64,000 nt of DNA, taken from the NCBI GenBank assembly GCA_963793425.1, contig CAWCAG010000007.1, positions 640,001-704,000 of the forward strand, read 5' to 3'. This DNA is from an uncultured cyanobacterium. Lineage in GTDB: Bacteria; Cyanobacteriota; Cyanobacteriia; Cyanobacteriales; CAWCAG01. Shown piece by piece: positions 32,373-40,263 of the stretch; within the stretch, counting starts at the first letter, position 1; each line of letters begins with the position of its first letter. A model generated the notes under the pieces. It was not told the origin of the DNA. It ran no database searches and was given only the letters and a program-made list of their open reading frames with translations. The position numbers were made by a program, and so were the translations under genes.

Positions 32373-32990
32373 TTAATCCATAAAAACTTCTACTAACCCA
32401 AACTCTTCTCTATTAAGATTCTCATCAATCCATTCTTCGTTAAGTTCCATTTTTTCAAAATCTTTCCAGATTCGTTTGTCGTTAGCGCAGCTATATTTTC
32501 TACATACTGAAGGGCGATTTTCATATATCTGACAACACTTTTTTTCTAAGTCCATTTGATGACAATAGCCATGTTGATGATGGCGATTGTAATAGGGTTT
32601 ACCTAATTCCCATTTCATCTTTCCTGTTTCGATTTCTTCTACACTCAATGCAAAACGCAGCCGACAACAAACTGCTTTACAAATAGGCAGTCTTTCTTCA
32701 CAGTTAACTACTGTAGTTTGCTGTTCATCTTCTTCGCTGTCTACCCGGATAGAGACACCTAATGTAGCCAATTCTTCCTTTTCTATGATTTCTTGCCTTA
32801 CAGATTCTACCACTGCTTTTAATTCATCTGATTGAACAATTCCTTTTTGAATTAAATAATCTATTAACCCATAAATGAAGGATTCACTTTCATTGAACCG
32901 TAGGATTTGTTCAGTCAATACAGTGTGAGCGAAGAGATTACCCTTTTCTACTTGATGCTCTAACTCTTGATAATCATCAGCTAAAGACAT
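32373..32990 (-). CDS. YkgJ family (CxxCxxCC-type) cysteine cluster protein
   Basis: C.....ICKAVCC, GYCHQ....KCCQIYENRPSVCRKYSC. Confidence 0.85.
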   Translation of the reverse strand: MSLADDYQELEHQVEKGNLFAHTVLTEQILRFNESESFIYGLIDYLIQKGIVQSDELKAVVESVRQEIIEKEELATLGVSIRVDSEEDEQQTTVVNCEERLPICKAVCCRLRFALSVEEIETGKMKWELGKPYYNRHHQHGYCHQMDLEKKCCQIYENRPSVCRKYSCANDKRIWKDFEKMELNEEWIDENLNREEFGLVEVFMD

Positions 32991-33706
32991 TATTCACCTT
33001 GTTGTCTATTGTCGAGAGTTTCTTTTAGTCGCTCAATTTCTGCATCTCTATCTGTATGTTGTTCATGAAAAACAACTGGAATACCTGTTATTTGACCTAT
33101 AAAATAGGCTGCTGCATCTTTTACTCTGTATTCAAGACTATTTCCTAGAGTTGCTTCCTGGCTTCCTTCATAAAAAATGGTTTCTGAATTATCTAGTAAT
33201 TCTGTTAAATAAGGGGTAGCTTCTGTCCCTGTCTCTATCAAGTGTGTGCCTAGTTCACCATAATCTTTTGCTCCTTGCTCCTCAGCATGGTACATGAAAC
33301 CCCATTGATTTCCCAATATCTCAAAGTTGCCTGTTTCAGAGCCAGTAATTCCTAAAGCTTTGGAATAGATATATGCTAAGGTATGCCGCCATTCTTCAGG
33401 TGGATAGTTGCCTACATTTGCATATAATACTTCCGAAGCTAAAAGGCGGGTTAAATCAGAGTAATTGCTGCTTTTAACAATATGCTCTAAATAAATTCGA
33501 TTTTCTCCATTCTGCCAGATAGAAGTTGATAGACTGCGATCACTCTGTAGGAATAAACCTGAGTAACCTGCTTCAGTGAGGCTTTGGGCAATTGTTTCAA
33601 TCGAGTCGGATTGTCTAGTTTCTGATGGCATAGCGATATCCTCTTGAATGACACAGGATGATGAGTTTAAGCACAGAGTCAATAAAATTGCAATGTAGTT
33701 TTCCAT
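32990..33706 (-). CDS. Hypothetical exported protein, putative immunity/partner of DUF4157 protein B
   Basis: Likely ATG at 33706, 1 nt after upstream stop (ORF track extends to 33781); hydrophobic N-terminus MENYIAILLTLCL. Confidence 0.6.
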   Translation of the reverse strand: MENYIAILLTLCLNSSSCVIQEDIAMPSETRQSDSIETIAQSLTEAGYSGLFLQSDRSLSTSIWQNGENRIYLEHIVKSSNYSDLTRLLASEVLYANVGNYPPEEWRHTLAYIYSKALGITGSETGNFEILGNQWGFMYHAEEQGAKDYGELGTHLIETGTEATPYLTELLDNSETIFYEGSQEATLGNSLEYRVKDAAAYFIGQITGIPVVFHEQHTDRDAEIERLKETLDNRQQGE

Positions 33707-33707
33707 T

Positions 33708-35423
33708 TTATGCCCTTTCGTCTGCGATATTTCCCCATTCTCCGGGACTAACTTTTCCTGTAATTCCAGTGTGAGGGCCATCTATTACCTTAACAGTGCC
33801 ATTTAAAAGAGGTGTATGCCACTCTTGAATAATCTGTAATCGCGTACCAACCGGGAGAGCAATAGTTTGCATTGGTGCAGGAGGTGTTAATGTTACAGCC
33901 CCCTTAGTGATTTTTACATCTACAACGGGTAAATCTACTGTATCTGCACCAGTTGAAGTTTTTGAAGCATTCCACAGTTCTGCGGACTTCATAAATGTCG
34001 AAGATGGCACACCATCCGATACTTTAGATAGCGGAATTTTAGTGAAATTGCCTTGATCATCTGTTCGCCATCCCCATCGAACTGAACCATAATAAGTACC
34101 AGATTGCAATCCTTTTGTGGCTAAAGCAGTAGTTTCAAAAATTTGCCCTGACTCTTTTTCTGCTCTCACTAATTTTGGTGCGTCTTTTAATATTGCATCT
34201 TGGTGTTGAAGTTCCCCAGATTTATCTTGATAATGATATCCATGCTGTCCCCAACCAGGGCTTGTACTTGTATCGTCTAAAGATTTACTTGGCAATGAGT
34301 TCACTGGATAGATGGGATTATTATAATTTTTAACCCTATCAATCATAGTACCTTCATCAGTTTCACTGGTATTACTATCAACAGTAATTGCATCCTTAGA
34401 GTCAATGGCTCTATTTTTATAGAAGATGTCATTATTAATAAAGTGAGGCTTTTTGCTTTTAATTGATTTAACAGATTGCGTAAGTCCAATTAATTCGGCA
34501 TCAACGCTATTTCCTGGTTTAAACTTCAATTCAATCTCAGATCCTCTTAAACCACTAGGATTTGCCGGAGTAATCAAATCATACTTATCAGTGTCCCATT
34601 CTCCACCTAAAGTATCTACTTTACGCTGAATAGCTGCTTTAGAAAGTGAAGAAGCTCGCAGATGCGATCGCATCTGTAAAGCTGGAGACTCCCCTTTCTG
34701 AGTATCCGTACCTTTTTTCTGTACTGCCCCACCATTCTGCTGCACAACATGAGTCAACTCATGGGCAATCAATTCCTGTCCACCTTTGCTGCTAGGATCG
34801 TAAGCCCCTTGACGGAAAAAGACATCTTGCCCCATAGCAAAAGCCCTTGCTCCAATGGACTGATTAAGTTGATCTGATTGACTATCGGTATGGACGTTAA
34901 CGCCACTAAAATCTGCCCCAAAAGACTCTTCCATGGGGCCACGAATGTTGTCACTTAAAGGCTGTCCATTACCCCGTGATTGTTCAATGGAGGATTCTAA
35001 TTCTTCTCCTGCGGCTGTCTCTCCTCCTGCTGGCTGGCGTTGAATAGTAGATTCCGGTTTCATCTGGACGGCTTCATCTTCTTCGGGCAAAGCTTCCCGT
35101 TGCACCGAATTACCACTCTGCCCAGGAGAATTAATCTGCTTAACTACTTGTGCTGCGGTAGCGTCTGCTTCTTGTTCATATTTATCTCCTACTTCACCAA
35201 TAGTCAGCTTCGTTTGAATCGGTTGGGCTGGGGCAGACTGAGAAAAATCTACCATATGATCTCCCAGACGTTCTGCATTTTTCCGGCTGATCTCCATCTC
35301 CTCCAAAGACTGTCTTTGAGGTTTAGCTTGAACAGTGTCAGGAAGGGAGTTAAGCTTTCTTTGTATAGGTTTAACAGCAGATTTGGAAAAACCTTTTTTC
35401 TGGAGGTGAGTTCGACTACGCAT
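33708..35423 (-). CDS. DUF4157 protein B with unique C-terminal tip ending in an SH3-like module
   Basis: Same leader and HELTH domain as A; tip starts after AIQR near 34622. Confidence 0.88.
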   Translation of the reverse strand: MRSRTHLQKKGFSKSAVKPIQRKLNSLPDTVQAKPQRQSLEEMEISRKNAERLGDHMVDFSQSAPAQPIQTKLTIGEVGDKYEQEADATAAQVVKQINSPGQSGNSVQREALPEEDEAVQMKPESTIQRQPAGGETAAGEELESSIEQSRGNGQPLSDNIRGPMEESFGADFSGVNVHTDSQSDQLNQSIGARAFAMGQDVFFRQGAYDPSSKGGQELIAHELTHVVQQNGGAVQKKGTDTQKGESPALQMRSHLRASSLSKAAIQRKVDTLGGEWDTDKYDLITPANPSGLRGSEIELKFKPGNSVDAELIGLTQSVKSIKSKKPHFINNDIFYKNRAIDSKDAITVDSNTSETDEGTMIDRVKNYNNPIYPVNSLPSKSLDDTSTSPGWGQHGYHYQDKSGELQHQDAILKDAPKLVRAEKESGQIFETTALATKGLQSGTYYGSVRWGWRTDDQGNFTKIPLSKVSDGVPSSTFMKSAELWNASKTSTGADTVDLPVVDVKITKGAVTLTPPAPMQTIALPVGTRLQIIQEWHTPLLNGTVKVIDGPHTGITGKVSPGEWGNIADERA

Positions 35424-35625
35424 AGCTAACCTCTGATCTTAATCTTGATTTGATTAATTATTGTGCCATCTCTATCTACTTTAATTCATTACTTGGTAGG
35501 TCTAATTATTCAGTTATTAGTTATGAATATGAGAAGTACCAAAAACTTACCTGAAGAGAAGGAAAGCACTTTACAGCTAAAGAAGGGATAGGTGATAAGC
35601 CTACGGCAACGCTTCGCGAACGCAC
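35424..35625 (-). promoter_or_regulatory. Repeated cassette promoter/5' UTR, copy B
   Basis: Aligns by eye over its full length to copy A. Confidence 0.8.
35597..35620. mobile_element. 24-nt small dispersed repeat (SDR-like) inserted in a HIP1 site
   Basis: Copy A has ATAGG-CGAT|CGC-ACT; copy B has ATAGG-TGAT|AAGCCTACGGCAACGCTTCGCGAA|CGC-ACT. Confidence 0.7.
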
Positions 35626-35642
35626 TTTAAGGATTTTCTTTA

Positions 35643-36239
35643 CTATTCAGAAGAGAGATAAAGGGCTTTAGTATCCGTTAGGCATGGACTTAGAGGGCTA
35701 GCACCTCCTGAAGGATCACTAGGTGCTTGACGATGGAGAGTTCCTATAACTTCAACTTCATGCTCCTTAAAACTATTAATTTCTTCTTGAGGTCTGCGTG
35801 CATCTTTATCCCAAACAGGGAAAAGAGAAACATGAGTGTTATCAGCCAATACAATTGAAACATGACCTACATAACGTGGTGTTCCTGTCGGTCTCATTCG
35901 CACATCATGTTCTACATATTTACCAACCAAGCGAACTTGTTGCCCGTCATAAACATCTAACTGTTCTAATTGATTGATCAATGGCAAGTTTTGACCTTGA
36001 GCAGAGGAATCTGGCAGTAATAATTCAGAGCGCGATGATTCCTCAGATACTGGCGAAGATGGTGCTTTTTCTTTGATTGGTAAAGAAAATTCGTCTTGGT
36101 TCATTTCAGTATTCTTGGTAGGAGTTTTAGTGGGTGAAGTTTGAGACAGTGATGATGTAGGTGAGGAGCAACTTGATAAATATAATCCAATTACTCCTAT
36201 AATCCACAAATAATTTAAAATAGCTGTTTCTAACTTCAT
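35643..36239 (-). CDS. Lipoprotein, putative immunity protein of DUF4157 protein C
   Basis: Hydrophobic stretch + lipobox LSSC; ATGA overlap with upstream stop. Confidence 0.7.
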   Translation of the reverse strand: MKLETAILNYLWIIGVIGLYLSSCSSPTSSLSQTSPTKTPTKNTEMNQDEFSLPIKEKAPSSPVSEESSRSELLLPDSSAQGQNLPLINQLEQLDVYDGQQVRLVGKYVEHDVRMRPTGTPRYVGHVSIVLADNTHVSLFPVWDKDARRPQEEINSFKEHEVEVIGTLHRQAPSDPSGGASPLSPCLTDTKALYLSSE

Positions 36240-38005
36240 TTATCTTGGGCTTGTTTTCTCACAGCAACCATTGAAGTAGGTGAATCTCCGTGTTGTTTAT
36301 GAACATCTTTATGTTCTTCATGAAAGGATTGTCCCTTTTTGCCTACACCATACATTTGGAAAACCCAATCTTTATTCTCTTCTTGGTAGTCACTAACAGA
36401 ATAATTTTCTAATGTTATGGTATCTGAACCACTCTTGATAGCAGCACCAGCCCAATGGAAATTCCAAGTTCCTACATCGGCTGGTTTATTAGGATGCTCT
36501 TTACCCCCTGTACTGATATGAAAAGCTTCACCAATTTGGGGGTCTGCATACATATTGATGCCTGCTTTTTTGTCAAAATCATCTTTAGCTTGAGGATCTA
36601 ACTTCTCATACTCTGCACGGGCTAAAACGTCAAGTTCAAAAGCTAATTGAGCCATTCCTCTACTTAGGTTGTTTTTCTTGACATCATCTTTTTCCTTGAT
36701 CCAATCTTGCTTTAACTTGTTGTAATCACTAAGTTTTTTATCAATAGTTTTGATATCTAACTTGCTTTCATATTGCGGTTTCCAAAACTCCCACCAAGCA
36801 CTTTCTTTACTGAAAAGGCCTTTAAACATTTTCACTTTTTGAATTTCCATCCAGTCATTGCCAGTTACGGTCTTTGTTTTACCGTCTTTGCTATATTTTG
36901 CACCAGGACTAGCATTTCCTTGTCCTGTTCCCTGATCCATACCGGAGACAGTTTTAGCCGATCGCCCACAATCAGCCCATAGCTCCATATCTGTGTCTTC
37001 TGTGTTGTTCTGTGTGTTGACAGGAACAACATCCACAACATCATGTCCGTTGCCACTTAAATCAGGAATTTGACCAGATTTCTTACCGGGTTTTAGCCCA
37101 ATTACAGAAGTTGCAGCCTTTAGTTGGTCACTAGCATCTTTGATCGAGTCTGGAGTAGCGTAGGCTGTTTGACCACCTACTGAACTATTTTGATGAACAC
37201 CCATTTTACCATCGTCAGAAGCACGAAAACCCTTGTAATTATGATATCGCTGAATACTGGTCTGAAGAGAGCCAGTGCCATTTTGTTGAACGACATGGGT
37301 TAATTCATGGGCAATTAATTCCTGTCCATCTTGGCTACTAGGATCGTAAGCACCTTGGCGGAAAAAGACATCTTGCCCTGTGGTAAAAGCCCGTGCTTGA
37401 ATTGACTTATTAAGTTGATCTGATTGACTATCTGTATGGACGGTAACGCCGCTAAAATCCACTCCAAAGGATTCTTCCATGGGGCCACGAATGTTGTCAC
37501 TTAAAGGCTGTCCATTACCCCGTGATTGTTCAATGGAGGATTCTAATTCTTCTCCTGGCTTACGTTGAAGAGTAGACTCCGGTTTCATCTGAAGTTCTTC
37601 TTCTTCTGGCAAAGCTTCGCGTTGTATAGTAGATTCTAACTTTGCTTGAAGAGGATTTTCTTCTTCTTCTGGTAAAGCTTCCCGTTGCACGGAACCTTGA
37701 GATGCGGGAGAATTAATCTGCTTAACTACTTGTGCTGCGGTTGCATCTGCTTCTTGTTCGTACTTGTCCCCCACCTCACCGATGGTAAGCTTAGTTTGAA
37801 TTGCTTGGGCTGGGGTAGACTGAGAAAAATCTACCATATGATCTCCCAGACGTTCTGCATTTTTCCGGCTGATCTCCATCTCTTCTAAAGATTGGCTTTG
37901 AGGTTTAGCTTGAACAGTGTCAGGAAGAGAGTTGAGCTTTTTTTGTACAGGCTTAACAGCAGACTTAGAAAACTTTTTTTGGTGGAGGTGAGTTCGGGTA
38001 CGCAT
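36236..38005 (-). CDS. DUF4157 protein C with putative papain/transglutaminase-fold tip
   Basis: Shared leader and HELTH domain; tip after SIQR with ADCG, WNFHWAG, LEN motifs. Confidence 0.88.
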   Translation of the reverse strand: MRTRTHLHQKKFSKSAVKPVQKKLNSLPDTVQAKPQSQSLEEMEISRKNAERLGDHMVDFSQSTPAQAIQTKLTIGEVGDKYEQEADATAAQVVKQINSPASQGSVQREALPEEEENPLQAKLESTIQREALPEEEELQMKPESTLQRKPGEELESSIEQSRGNGQPLSDNIRGPMEESFGVDFSGVTVHTDSQSDQLNKSIQARAFTTGQDVFFRQGAYDPSSQDGQELIAHELTHVVQQNGTGSLQTSIQRYHNYKGFRASDDGKMGVHQNSSVGGQTAYATPDSIKDASDQLKAATSVIGLKPGKKSGQIPDLSGNGHDVVDVVPVNTQNNTEDTDMELWADCGRSAKTVSGMDQGTGQGNASPGAKYSKDGKTKTVTGNDWMEIQKVKMFKGLFSKESAWWEFWKPQYESKLDIKTIDKKLSDYNKLKQDWIKEKDDVKKNNLSRGMAQLAFELDVLARAEYEKLDPQAKDDFDKKAGINMYADPQIGEAFHISTGGKEHPNKPADVGTWNFHWAGAAIKSGSDTITLENYSVSDYQEENKDWVFQMYGVGKKGQSFHEEHKDVHKQHGDSPTSMVAVRKQAQDK

Positions 38006-38074
38006 AGCTAACCTCTGGTTATTACCTTAAATTTAATTAATTATAATTGTGCCATCTTTATCTACTTTAGTTCA

Positions 38075-38868
38075 TTACCTAGAAGTCGAATTATCTAAAA
38101 CTTCAGAAGGTTCATCCCATCTGGTGCGACATGATTCACAAAATGAACCGACAAAAGTACGATCTTCTCCAGTAAGTACGGCTCCACATCTTGGACAATG
38201 CTCTAAACTACGAGCTAGGGGATGAGTTTCTTCGTATAAGGGAATAGCTAAATTCTGCCAATATTCTTCTTCGGCTACTTCTTCTGGGGCAACGCTTTTG
38301 TAGAGTAAAACTGCCTTTTGATATAGCTGCTCTGATAAAGGCAAAACTTTCCCAGCAAGAATCTCAGGCAAGTTGTATAAGTTCGGTTTCTAAATGCTAA
38401 AATTGTTTCTTTAACTAGTCTTTCATTCTCAACAAAACGGCTGACTATATTTAAAGACAAACATAATTGGGATAAAACTTCTTTAACCTCTTTTTGGAAG
38501 TCTAAAGTATATTGAGTAATCTGCTCAGAAGAGAGTGGAGAATCACCATCAGCCACTTCTAACTCTTGGCAGGTTATTTGTGACCATATATCGGTCAAAG
38601 ATGGCAGGGAAAGTTCTTTGTCAGCTAGCTTGAGAGCTTTGACCAGATGATAGCAAACATAATGTTCTGCTCCAGTAGAAATGTCTTCTGATTCATTTCG
38701 GAGACGATGATATTCAGATTTATTGCTAGGAACAAATACAGATAAAGCTTTAGTACTTTTAATTTCACTCAGCAGATCATAATATAATGATCTAAGGTGA
38801 AACCGCAATTCTTGAAGTGATTCATTAACTGGGAAATCTGGTAAAAAATCAGAGGTTGAGTAGCCCAT
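38075..38868 (-). pseudogene. Hypothetical protein with C-terminal zinc-ribbon, apparently frameshifted near 38385
   Basis: Overlapping ORFs 38275..38868 and 38075..38371; CPRCG...FCESC. Confidence 0.5.
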
Positions 38869-38938
38869 TAAAAGAGCTTACCTTTGGAAGACGAACTGAA
38901 GAAAAGAAATTAATTTAGGCTGGATTGGTCATTTATCT

Positions 38939-39151
38939 TCACGATGGTAAGTTAGATTGGAGGGGTAGACTGAGAAAATAACCATATGATCCCAGACGTT
39001 CTGCATTTTTCCGGCTGATCTCCATCTCTTCCAAAGACAGTCTTTGAGGTTTAGCTTGAACAGTGTCAGGAAGGGAGTTAAGCTTTCTTTGTCTAGGTTT
39101 AACAGCAGACTTAGAAAAACTTTTTTTCTGGAGGTGAGTTCGGGTACGCAT
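38939..39151 (-). pseudogene. Truncated leader of a fourth cassette gene
   Basis: MRTRTHLQKKSFSK...SLEEMEISRKNAERLG then indels and stop; own promoter copy at 39152-39260. Confidence 0.85.
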
Positions 39152-39337
39152 AGCTAACCTCTGATTCTAATCTCAAATTGATTAATTCTTATTGTGACAT
39201 CTTCGTCTACTTTAGTTCATTATCTAGAAGTCTAATTGTTTAGTTATTGGTTGTTAATATAGCTAACCTCTGATTTTATTAACTATTATTGTGGCATCTC
39301 TTCTACTTTCATTCATTGTTTAAAGGTCGAAATTATT

Positions 39338-39595
39338 ATGCCCGACTCAATTATGTATCAAGAAGATGCCTACGTCGTCTTAGAAAGCGATCGCGAGGAA
39401 GAATTTCTCACTCCAGAAGAATTAGTTGCCAAGCTTGAAGGTATTTTGACCCAACAACCGGAAGATGTACCACGAGAATTGCTCAAATTTGATTCTACCG
39501 AAGCCCAAGCAAAGCATCTGATGGAAAATTATTGTGAGTTGGATGTTGGGACAGGAAAATATTTACAATGGTATGCTGTGCGTTTGGAAAAATGA
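39338..39595 (+). CDS. crr7: Chlororespiratory reduction protein 7 (NDH-1 assembly)
   Basis: MPDSIMYQEDAYVVLE...CELDVG.GKYLQWYAVRLEK. Confidence 0.9.
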   Translation: MPDSIMYQEDAYVVLESDREEEFLTPEELVAKLEGILTQQPEDVPRELLKFDSTEAQAKHLMENYCELDVGTGKYLQWYAVRLEK

Positions 39596-39637
39596 CTTAT
39601 GGCTAATTGCTAATTGCTAGTTGCTAATGGCTAATAG

Positions 39638-40090
39638 TTAAAGCTTTCTCCCTATCTCCCTATCTCCTTGCCTCCTCGTCTTCCTCTTTCTCCTTGATGG
39701 ATAGGCGATCGCCCCAACTAATCCGATTAACAAACCTATATTAAGTAGCAAAAGCCACATCCAGCGCAAAAAAGTAACCCCACCAGAATGGAAAGATAGC
39801 ATTAACCACAAAACCATCCAAGGGAAGAAAATTAACAAAGTTAAGACAATACGTCTTAATAAATAACGGGATGACAAAGGGCGCAGAAAGAAGTAAAAGC
39901 TAATTAACTCCACAAGGGAAAAAAGAAAATTACCTTGAAGTTCTCCTGGTAAATTATGTCCTGCCAAATCAGGAACTGTAATATTAGGATCGGGGGGATA
40001 AGCCAGATAATTTTGACACATCCAAATCAACAAAATTATCCAGCTTAAAAAAGGGCCAAAGATACCCAGCCAATACAAAAAATCTCTCAT
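39638..40090 (-). CDS. Hypothetical membrane protein
   Basis: About four hydrophobic segments. Confidence 0.55.
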   Translation of the reverse strand: MRDFLYWLGIFGPFLSWIILLIWMCQNYLAYPPDPNITVPDLAGHNLPGELQGNFLFSLVELISFYFFLRPLSSRYLLRRIVLTLLIFFPWMVLWLMLSFHSGGVTFLRWMWLLLLNIGLLIGLVGAIAYPSRRKRKTRRQGDREIGRKL

Positions 40091-40263
40091 CTGCCAGGGG
40101 ATTTCTCCACAGGAATTACCTCGTGTGCATAGTTAATGCGTACTTTCGGTAGTGCAACCCTGGTAGGTTTCTTTTTTTTGAAATTCGGGCTATTATATCA
40201 GTCCGGAGCAGTTATTGGCTGTTTGCTAGAAATCAATGTACGGCTTGCTGTTGCTGTTAGGTA

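Noticed and set aside
33707..33781. ORF-track start at 33781
   Set aside because: Would overlap gene B by 74 nt; ATG at 33706 gives tight coupling and a signal-like N-terminus.
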